A stretch of DNA of 9,640 nucleotides from Octopus sinensis (taxonomy: Eukaryota): the NCBI RefSeq assembly GCF_006345805.1, contig NW_021827868.1, positions 1 to 9,640 of the forward strand, read 5' to 3'. The position numbers and the translations under genes are program-made. The first letter of the stretch is position 1, and the number at the start of each line of letters is the position of its first letter. Positions 1-8,351 of this stretch are shown piece after piece. The notes under the pieces are model-generated. The model worked only from the letters and a program-made list of their open reading frames with translations, ran no database searches and had not been told where the DNA came from.

Positions 1-1030
1 CTTGTAACTTCACGAAAGCCCTGATCCTCGTTATGAAAGAGAATGTGTCCCAATAATAACGAAGAATGAAAAAGCAACATCGAAAAGAACTATAAATATC
101 ACTTGTAACATCAAAAGACTATTGTTTTAATATGGTAATTATTAGGGAATGGTGTTTGTTGTTAAGTTAAAAGCAAGAGCAATTACAGAGAGGAAATAGA
201 CCAACGTCTACAACACTGGAGACAAAGCATACAGAGATGTTTGTCTTTGACTTGAAATTCTGAACAACTTTAACAGAAATTTTGCATCGATTAGAATTAG
301 GTGAAAATGTAGGTTTGATCTTTTGTCATTAAACATTTGCCTCTGTGAAACGCTGTTGATTAAGCGACTACTTGGTTCACGTTCTTGCTAGAAACAATAG
401 CCGAATCTCTCTCAAATTAAATCATGTCATCATCCGTAGAAAATATAGGCGATAGGGTAGTCTCGACTTAAATATGAGGAAAAGATAAAATGGACACAGT
501 TTGAAGGTTTGATTATAAGACTCCTGGATCGGGGCTGTTTTAGAGCTACACATCGACAACGACAACAATAGCAAAAATGGTAGAAGCAATAATAATAGAA
601 ATTTATCTGTTGAAATAAGCACTTCCAGTAATGTCTTTGACTCAATAAAACCAAAAATGCTATAATTTCGTCAAATATCTTCTAAAGCCTATAGAAACCG
701 TTCTATGAGATCAGATGATACTGTTCCGTTTTTAGTGAAATGAAGATAACGATATCGTGGCTTGGGTAGTTAAACGGAAGGCCAATTTGCAGACAAAAGG
801 CAAACACCACTGAAATACGAACCATCTTATGGAAATTTGTCCAAACAATAAAGAGAAAGAATGAGAAGAAATTCGAAGAAATGGATTGTGGAGCAGAAAG
901 TGCTTTCAATCTAAAAAATATCGTCCAAGAACTTAATTTCAATAATGGAGGAAATTCCGTCAGCCGAAATGATGCAAACACATTACTATACCAAAATATC
1001 AAATGTCACCATATATGGGCATAAGCATTT
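1..1030 (+). mobile_element. Degenerate non-LTR retrotransposon (LINE) ORF2, post-RT C-terminal region and 3' end; clade uncertain (CR1/L2/RTE-like group)
   Basis: Manual translation across stops and frameshifts gives motifs in the order expected downstream of a LINE RT domain: YGNY*(W) 131-145; TEILHRLELG (ELG 294-302); YLVHVL 369-386; ILFRF 718-732; PIC 782-790 followed by HLMEICP 823-843 (eroded CxxC...HxxxxC Zn-knuckle). It is followed directly by a simple-repeat tail. No intact ORF. Confidence 0.6.
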
Positions 1031-1035
1031 ATGCG

Positions 1036-1842
1036 CATACATACATACATACATACATATACATACATACATACATACATTATACATTTCATACATACAT
1101 TTAATACATACTACATACATACACACATACATACATATATACATACATACATACATACACTACATATATACATACATACATACATACATACATACATACA
1201 TACATACATACAAACATTCATACAACTACATACAAACATTCATACATACATACATACATTATACATACATACATACTACATACATACAACATTATACATA
1301 CATACATACATACATCATACAAACATTCATACATACATACATACATATCATACATACATACATACTACATACATACATACATACATACAAACATTCACTA
1401 CATACTACATACAAACATCATACATACATACATACATACATATATACAAACATTCATACATACATACATACATACAACATGCATACATACATACATACAA
1501 ACATTCATACATACATACATAAATACATACATACATACATACATACATACATACTACATACAAACATTCATACATACATACATACATACATACATACAAA
1601 CATGCATACATACATACATACATACAAACATGCATACATACATACATACAAACATTCATACATACATACATAAATACATACATACATACATACATACATA
1701 CATACAAACATTCATACATACATACATACGTACATTCATACATACATACATACATACATACATACAAACATTCATACATACATACATACATACATACATA
1801 CATACATACATACATACAAACATTCATACATACTTACACACA
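1036..1842 (+). repeat. ~800 bp interrupted (CATA)n/(TACA)n tetranucleotide microsatellite
   Basis: Directly visible, with recurrent CAAACATT, TACTACA and CATGCA interruptions. It ends in a short (GACA)n at ~1844-1855. It explains the HTYI/MYVC ORFs. Confidence 0.98.
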
Positions 1843-2012
1843 TAGACAGACAGACACACTCATATACGCACACATTGATATGTGCATATGTGATTATGCA
1901 CGTGACATCGTTAAACTCGAGTCAGGAGAAAGAGATACAGAATACATAAAGTATAAATTTTATAACATACTGTGGGTTCTCTTACTCATATATTCAATAT
2001 GTAGTCGTTTCA

Positions 2013-2013
<1 letters not shown>

Positions 2014-2043
<30 letters not shown>

Positions 2044-2274
2044 TGTATGTATGTATGTATGTATGAATGTATGAATGTATGTATGTATGTATGCATGTGT
2101 GCATGTGTGTATGTATGTATGTATGTATGTATGTATGTATCTATGTGTGCGTGTGTGTGTATGTATGTATGTATGTATGTATGTACTATGTATGTATGTA
2201 TGTATGTATGTGTGTATGTATGTGTGTATGTGTGTATGTGTGTATGAATGTATGTATGTATGTATGTATGTATG

Positions 2275-2312
<38 letters not shown>

Positions 2313-2372
2313 CTATCTATCTGTCTATCTATCTATCTATTTATCTCTCTGTATGTCTATCTGTCTATCTAT
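2014..2372 (+). repeat. Compound microsatellite (TATG)n/(TG)n 2014-2274 followed by (TCTA)n 2275-2372
   Basis: Directly visible; the TATG part is the reverse complement of the upstream CATA tract. Confidence 0.97.
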
Positions 2373-2530
2373 GAGTGAGAGAAGAGGAGAGGCATCATAT
2401 TACTCCCAAACTGTCACAATTCTTTACTTAAATCCTCTTCGTTAATGTTTAACGATGGCACTGAGATGTTTGTGCTGCGAAAAAATAATCTAATATTCAA
2501 CATTTGAAGCTCATAAACTATAAGGAGACC

Positions 2531-2533
<3 letters not shown>

Positions 2534-2566
<33 letters not shown>
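2534..2566 (+). repeat. (CAA)11 trinucleotide microsatellite
   Basis: Directly visible perfect run. Confidence 0.97.
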
Positions 2567-2568
<2 letters not shown>

Positions 2569-2979
2569 CAACACGTTTGGTAAATCTGGTCTCTGTCAAC
2601 TGAAACAATAAAAAGAGCAACTACAGAATTAAAGAATCTTTATCTCCAACCAGGCTCCATGGTGTCCGTTTCAAACACAGACAAATGCTATAACTTTGTA
2701 TATACAATTTCGTTTTTTTTTTTGCAATATCCCTTATGGAATGGTAACTGTGATTCTGTGAATCGATATTGGACAGAGTTCCACTGTTTTTACTCATCCA
2801 ATTTAAACCCAGAAACCGGAAGTTTTATCCATTTTTGCTTTCATGGCTTTCATGGTACTGTATACTATAAACACCAAAATGGTTTCGTCGGATACGATCT
2901 GATCACTGACAAATATCTAGAGCCATTTACCATTAGGATTTTTCGACCAAGTCAAGATACCAGCCGATCCACCCCGACA

Positions 2980-4070
2980 AAAACGTTACAGACAGCAAAC
3001 ATAATGAATACCATGGTGAATTAAGGAGGTTCGTTAAAAGAAATAGCAGCCAAATCCCAACTAGATCGAATCCTGTTGAATCCTTCTTAAACATGGAATA
3101 CGCAGGAGAATGTAGTCTCTTTTATAGAAAAAAGATTAATTAACCATGGCTGGAAAGGCTTTGATCAAAACTCTCCTCAACCATGAAGAAAAACTAATGA
3201 CTACCATTGAATCTACTGAGAGAGTTTCTCTCATGTTTGATGTGAAGGAGAAAGGTTTAAAATTCATCCAATCTAATGGATGGTCATGCTTGGAATACAT
3301 TTGATCAAAAGTCTGCAAGAGCTTGAATGATCTGAGTCTATGCAAAAATGACAAATACAAACAATGTACAACATAAAAGAAGGATCACCAGAAGAGTTTT
3401 TGTGTTGTTGTTTGCCATCCCCTCCCTCTTGGCAATGAAATCTTTTATTGTCTATCTCACAGTTTTTTCTAAAATGGTCATCAAATGAACCAAGAACACG
3501 GTTTATATACAATTACCAGACTTACGATTGTTGCTGTTAAAACTCACACAACAAAGTTTCTGCAGTCTTTAATGTAGGACGAAATATAAAGTGAAAATAA
3601 CTTATCAATAGTCACTCAAGAAGTTTGAGGACTAGGTTTTAATGGAACTTTCATGGACAACGAGTTACTGCTCAAAATATCTCGATACAAACAAGTGGCC
3701 GTTTTTGAAATAATAACTGGTGAGAATCAGTGGAGAAAAAGTATCTGAATACTTGCTGTCTTTGAGGAGGGTAAGATTGAGGGGAAATCTTAAAACAACA
3801 GTTACAACAACAAGGGGTAAAATTTAACAAATACCAACAATCCTTCACAAACATTGAATTAACATAAAAATTCATTTTTCAAACTGTCTTATATTTTGAA
3901 AATATAGAAATTTCATAGAAATTTCACAGACGTTGCTTAGTTAAGAATCTTGTAAATGTCTTCAGAAACATTGAAAGTATTTTAAACTACAAAATGCTCT
4001 TCCTTGCCAAGTGTTTCAAAATATTAATCCGTTTTTAACCTTTAATCTGTAGTGAAGTTTAATCTGCTCC
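2980..4070 (+). pseudogene. Fossil piggyBac-like (PGBD4-type, DDE_Tnp_1_7) transposase with many stops, frameshifts and deletions
   Basis: Colinear motif remnants: FVKRN 3030-3044 (cf. YAKRN); KTM..LMFDVK 3230-3247 (cf. TMSRxRF..LRFDxK); YI*SK 3296-3310 (cf. IWxK); GNE 3431-3439 (cf. VDE); K-G-IK-like 3470-3485 (cf. KxGIK); TRFIYNYQTY 3496-3525 (cf. xKYxxNxxxY); GRNI 3577-3588 (cf. GRNITxDN); NGTFMDN 3641-3661 (cf. GTxRxN); RKSI*ILA 3734-3757 (cf. KKNVxLLS); YNNK-GV 3803-3819 (cf. YNxTKxGVD); IFQTVLYF..IS* 3874-3918 (cf. VFxNILD..NAW); CQV 4005-4013 (start of C-terminal Cys-rich domain). Consensus motifs are recalled and aligned by eye only. Confidence 0.65.
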
Positions 4071-5104
4071 ACGCCTCTTATAAGATGTTCTTATAATTTA
4101 GTGAAATCCAGTTTTCTCTCTTGGCAAATAGTGCAAAGCTTCTTTCAAATGTTGTCTTTTTAATGGTATTTTATCTCGAAAGAGACCAATTTCAAGGCTA
4201 CTTAACTTCGATTATTTAACAAGAACATGTCTCTAGCTGTATTTTTAAAGATATTCCCATGAATTATTTTAAGAAAAATAATTCAAAAAGCAATCAAAAC
4301 ATTATATGAAAATTTTATTAGGAATTAAAACGATTTTTTCCATTTCATGGGAAACGTGAATGCAAAAACAACAACAATAACAATACTAGATAAAGAATTT
4401 AAAAATTGGTAATTTCTATCTGATGAAATTAAAAATTGTTCAAATTGTTTGTGTATAAAGATATTAATACAAAGTATAAACTGTAAGAGAAAGCGGAAAC
4501 CAGGGAAAGGAAATTCAGAAACCCAAAACGGTAAAGTCTGCTCCATTGGGACATAATGTTATTGCTTGTCTATTTGTTGTTACGCATCTTTGTCCACATT
4601 GAGAATTACTTTTCCTTATTTCTGTCTTTCCATTATTTGTAAAATTATCCAAACTCTTTCGGAAATCTGGAATTGTTGTTTTGTGAATTTAGAAAATAAT
4701 TTGAAAGAATGAAAAAAAAAAAGAAAAAGAAAAAAGCAGTGTTACTACACATTCAGCAGAAAATTTGTGACATGAGTCGTGGTGGAAACGCTTTGCTTGT
4801 GTCTCACCACATTCAACAGAAAACTGCTCGTTACGATACAATCAACACAACGTCCATGTTTACATTGAATATATAAAATCGTCTAATTAAACAATTCTAC
4901 CTTAATTAATAATGAACAATGCGAAAAGAATGGTTTGAATAAAACTAATTAAAACATATTTGACTCAATATTGTTTTCATTTATACACCTAAGAAAATCA
5001 AAAGTATTCTTGTTATTTTCAGTATATATTTTTTACTAGTTTAATATTATGAGAAATATTGAATTTCTAAATCTCTCGTAGAGACCTGTACGGTGGTGGG
5101 GCGA

Positions 5105-5335
5105 TAGAATGGTTGTATACTATCAATCTAACAAGAACGTGACAGTAGGGGGTACACTACCGTTGTATAGCCCTAGGAGGCATCGAACGCCTCCTGACAG
5201 CTTCGACACATTTTTTTTTTCCCATTTTTTTTTTGTTCGAAGCTGTCAGGAGGCGTTCGATGGTTAGGGTTATACAACGGTGGTGTACCCCCTACTGTCA
5301 CGTTCTTGCTAGATTGACAGTATACAACCATTCTA
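5105..5335. mobile_element. MITE/fold-back element with ~100 bp terminal inverted repeats and a 30 bp T-rich spacer
   Basis: Left arm 5105-5206 (TAGAATGGTTGTATAC...GACAGCTTCGA) is the reverse complement of right arm 5237-5335, apart from 4 transitions and one GGAGG/AC block difference. TA is present at both outer ends (5105-5106, 5334-5335). No ORF. Confidence 0.85.
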
Positions 5336-5418
5336 GTTTAATATTAAAAATTATAAATTTCATAATAATAGTAATGCTAATAATAATTACTGTTTCTTAA
5401 GAGAATAAGATTTAATAG

Positions 5419-5512
5419 ATAACATCGACCCCAGTACTTAGGGGGTGCGTCATTTTATTGATGCCGAAGGGATGAATGGCAAAACTATCATCATCGAGAG
5501 ATTTGAATGCTC
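5419..5512 (-). mobile_element. Old diverged copy of the tRNA-derived SINE (core region)
   Basis: Reverse complement reads GAGCATTCAAATCTCTCGATG..TTTTGCCATTCATCCCTTCGG..AATAAAATGA..AGTACTGGGGTCGATGTT, alignable to the SINE core at 9051-9135. Confidence 0.7.
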
Positions 5513-5607
5513 GGCAAACATAAGCGGGTGGAATAACACAAGGCATTTCTTTCGACACTATTACTATTCAGCCAATCTGGGTACACATGGTACTTTATTT
5601 TATTGAT

Positions 5608-5979
5608 ATTTCTTAGCAGATAAAATAAAGTACCAACGAAGAGCTTCTATGATTTGTATCGATTAACGTTCTCCCCTCCAAAGTTACAAGATTGTGTCTA
5701 GTTTAGCTGAATCGTTAGTGTCGGAAGACATGTCTAACAATATCTGTTTCGCCTCTTGAAGCAGTGAGTTCAAATCCTGCCGAGGATTTCTTAGCAGATA
5801 AAATAAAGTACCAGCGAAGAGCTTCTATGATTTGTATCAACTAACTTTCTCCCCCACTCCACCCGAAATTTACAAAGTTACGGGATTGTGTCTAGTTTAG
5901 CTGAATCGTGAGTGTCGGAAGACATGTCTAACAATAACTGTTTCGCCTCATGAAGTAGTGAGTTCAAATCTTGCCGAGG
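5608..5979 (+). repeat. Tandem duplication: 178 bp (5608-5785) and 194 bp (5786-5979) units, each made of a SINE 3' half plus a SINE head ending just after the B box
   Basis: Both units start ATTTCTTAGCAGATAAAATAAAGTACCA and end GTGAGTTCAAATC(C/T)TGCCGAGG. They differ by scattered substitutions and a 16 nt net indel in the CCCC region. Confidence 0.93.
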
Positions 5980-6045
5980 TAAAACTTTCAAGGTCGATAA
6001 AATGAAGCATCAATTATGTACTGCGGTCAATGCTATTGACGTACC
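5885..6045 (+). mobile_element. Diverged SINE copy (head, B box GAGTTCAAATC, deleted core, hairpin GTCAAT-GCT-ATTGAC)
   Basis: Similar to 8979-9145. B box at ~5960-5970; GGTCGATAAAAT and GTACTGCGGTCAATGCTATTGAC downstream. Confidence 0.7.
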
Positions 6046-6087
6046 TCTTCACCTAAAAATTGCTAGCTGAAACCTATATGACGGGTG

Positions 6088-6187
6088 CTGGGTTGGCAAA
6101 ATTGTCTGAACGTTGTAATAATTGCCTTGCTGTATTTGTTCTGGTTCTTTAGATTCTTAGTCCAAATCGCGCTGAGGTCAACTTTAG
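6088..6187 (+). mobile_element. Highly diverged SINE head fragment
   Basis: GGTTGGCAAAATTGT...GTATTTGTTCTGG...TTAGTCCAAATCGCGCTGAGGTCAACTTT aligns loosely to the head and B-box region of 8979-9078. Confidence 0.55.
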
Positions 6188-6189
6188 AT

Positions 6190-6440
6190 CTGGAGGTAGC
6201 ATGACCTCCTGAACCCGGATGGTAAGTTGGTCATCGTGAACATATGTAGCAGTGAGGACAATGCTTTTAAGTTAGGACGACCTGTGCTTCGGCAAGTTCA
6301 AGCAAACCGGATATCGAGAGGGGCCTCGTATTCGGTGTACATTTCCAATGTCTCACAGTTTTAGTTCAGCAAAATGCTGCCATTGAACTTGGTCATATGC
6401 AAATTAGCGATATTCATAGCTTGCTTGATAACCTGTAAGT
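6190..6440 (-). pseudogene. Possible eroded reverse-transcriptase fragment (LINE-like); alternative reading is a + strand exon
   Basis: A single minus frame with stops gives AYDQVQW (6400-6380; cf. AFDxVxW), GPSRYPVCLNL (6325-6293; cf. QGxxLSPxLFNL) and YVHDD (6244-6230; cf. YADD). The first spacing is ~30 aa too short. Confidence 0.3.
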
Positions 6441-6444
6441 TTAA

Positions 6445-6456
6445 TGTGTGTGTGTG

Positions 6457-6493
<37 letters not shown>

Positions 6494-6506
6494 TGTGTGT
6501 GTGTGT
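6445..6506 (+). repeat. (TG)n microsatellite
   Basis: Directly visible. Confidence 0.97.
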
Positions 6507-6605
6507 AGGGGAGTGTAGAACAGAGTTGACAATGTTGAAATGTCGGCAAATAAAGTCGAGATGCATACCCGTTTATTCTGGGTAGAGATGGAAATGAAGA
6601 GAGGA

Positions 6606-6650
6606 TGAGAGAGAGAGAGAGAGAGAGTGGGGAGAGACTGACAGACAGAG
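6606..6650 (+). repeat. (GA)n and (GACA)n microsatellite
   Basis: Directly visible. Confidence 0.9.
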
Positions 6651-6789
6651 AGGGTTGAGAGTGAAAAAGAGTGTGAATCCTATATGTAACAGTATGGTTT
6701 ATATAGGGAACCGGATAAATATATGTTTATCGTATGCGTGTAACTTTATTCATAATTTATCAATCTACACGCTATGTCTATTAAAATTT

Positions 6790-6877
6790 ACATACATACG
6801 TACATACACAACCTACATACATTCATACATGCATGAATTCATATATATACATAGATACATACATAAATATTATATAC

Positions 6878-6931
<54 letters not shown>

Positions 6932-6985
6932 CTGTATGTGTGTGTGTGTGTGTGTCTGTGTGTGGGTGGTTGTGTGTGTACGCGT
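6790..6985. repeat. Compound microsatellite (CATA)n-(TA)n-(TG)n
   Basis: Directly visible; pure (TA)n at ~6879-6917. Confidence 0.95.
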
Positions 6986-7107
6986 GTACGTTGTGTTTGT
7001 ATATGGTAGTACAATATACACTCTGTCTGGAGTTATAACCTAATGGTAATAAATGAAAGTCCATTTCAGAGATAGAAAGACATTACAACATTAAAAGAAA
7101 TAATATT

Positions 7108-7109
7108 GT

Positions 7110-7146
<37 letters not shown>

Positions 7147-7147
7147 C

Positions 7148-7178
<31 letters not shown>

Positions 7179-7301
7179 ATAAATATATATATATGTGTAT
7201 GTGTGTGTGAAATAATGCAAGAACAAAGATTATGAATTAGAATATTGCCACATACACATACACACACATACATACACGCACACACACATGTATATATATA
7301 T
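7108..7301. repeat. Compound (TA)n-(TG)n ... (CA)n-(TA)n microsatellites around a ~40 bp unique spacer
   Basis: Directly visible. Confidence 0.93.
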
Positions 7302-7735
7302 CGTCAAGAATACATCAACTAAAGACAAAATGTTAACTGCTTCGCCATGTTATTCGGTTGACAAGAACATTTGAAGATCTTACTACAAAGATTTCAAATA
7401 TCGTTGTCGAAGAATTATTTATTCTTCGAACAATTCTCTTTATCTTTGTCAACAAATGTATCGGGTTTTTATTTTCTTTCTTGATGTTTATTGCGTGATC
7501 TTTTGGTAAAGTTTATATTTCCTCCAAAAAGGTCAGAATAAGGTCGAAACAAGTATGACATTGTCTGCCCTTCCTCGCGCAAAAGTTGAAACAATGTAAG
7601 TCATTATTCTTTAATACTCTATTCTCTCCGCTCGCTAATTTCTTTCTCCTTTGTTATATAATGATCTCCCTTATAAAATATATTACCAACATTTAGTTAA
7701 TGCTGTTATTGTTAAGCGCTTCTTAATCCCTTTGT

Positions 7736-7990
7736 AATCGACTTAATCCCTTTGTCCTTGTTTTTTCCTTCTGTGTTTAGCTCCTTGTGGATAGTAAAGA
7801 AATAGGTATTTCGTATTCGTCTGTCTTTACGTTCTGAGTTCAAATTCCGTCGAAGTCGACTTTGCCTTTCATCCTTTCGGGGTCGATAAATTAAGTACCA
7901 GTTGCGTACTGAAGGTCGATCAAATCGACTGGCCCTCTTCTCTAAAATTTCGGGCCTTGTGCCTAAAGTAAAAAAAAAAAAAAGAATATT
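7736..7990 (+). mobile_element. Composite SINE: 3' tail type 1 joined to an A-box-less core with 3' tail type 2 and an A-rich end
   Basis: 7736-7805 matches 9345-9404 (tail 1). 7806-7930 matches the core 9028-9145 (B box GAGTTCAAATTCC 7836-7848). 7931-7987 matches the 9146-9197 type tail and ends in an A-run. There is a 14 bp direct repeat CTTAATCCCTTTGT at 7722-7735 and 7742-7755. Confidence 0.9.
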
Positions 7991-8351
7991 AGATCTGGAC
8001 AAACGCTACGTCGCAATGAATTGAACTCGCTTCTGCGATCAAAGGACAAATGTTATAAACAAACTAAAAATTAAGATTATAAACCAAACAAAGAAATGAA
8101 ATTTTAAGAAGATTTATACATGTATCAAGTGATCAGAAATTAATGAAATTTATAACAAACTAAAGCGAATCGATACGCCAGGAAATTATAATACTTGGAG
8201 GATATGAAGAAAAAACAACCAAAAAACCATAAGACAAGTAGTTTTAATTAAAGTTGACATAGTTTCACTTTCTTGTAAATGGCGTGGTACACTTATTTTT
8301 AATTAACAGACCGACATTTAATATTTTACAACTAAAGGCTAAAGGCACTTC

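Larger units (their letters stand above)
2428..4272 (+). mobile_element. Possible full extent of the decayed piggyBac-like element (TTAA 2428-2431 ... TTAA 4269-4272)
   Basis: Colinear inverted homology blocks link 2483-2641 with 4217-4135 around the transposase relic, and TTAA lies just outside each end. Canonical CCC/GGG termini are not preserved, and TTAA is frequent in AT-rich DNA. Confidence 0.35.

Noticed and set aside
945-2445. ORFs of 64-242 aa rich in HTYI, MYVC or YLSI
   Set aside because: They are translations of CATA, TATG and TCTA microsatellites, which lack stops in several frames.
2659-3024. 121 aa ORF as a standalone gene (F-box-associated or propeller-like GYDL motif considered)
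   Set aside because: No recognisable domain or splice context; it is flanked by in-frame stops and overlaps the start of the transposase relic.
3145-3316. Similar motifs HGWKGFDQNS (3145) and HAWNTFDQKS (3285), 24/32 nt identical; also considered a CACTA DGxAW motif
   Set aside because: Only two copies 140 bp apart, no further units and no downstream CACTA motifs. The piggyBac reading explains the region better, though a small local duplication is not excluded.
4325-4546. 73 aa hydrophobic minus-strand ORF and a + strand CSNCLC/KRKRK segment
   Set aside because: AT-rich low-complexity translation with no coherent domain; too far from the transposase body to be its Cys-rich tail.
5608-5979. 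Direct repeats as a CRISPR-like array
   Set aside because: Two long adjacent units without unique spacers, made of SINE sequence, in a eukaryotic context with no cas genes.
6200-6250. HDLLNPDGKLVIVNIC as a SAM-methyltransferase motif
   Set aside because: Single short motif with an upstream stop, no plausible acceptor and no other methyltransferase motifs.
6361-7285. ORFs rich in HT, YI or CV
   Set aside because: Dinucleotide microsatellite translations.
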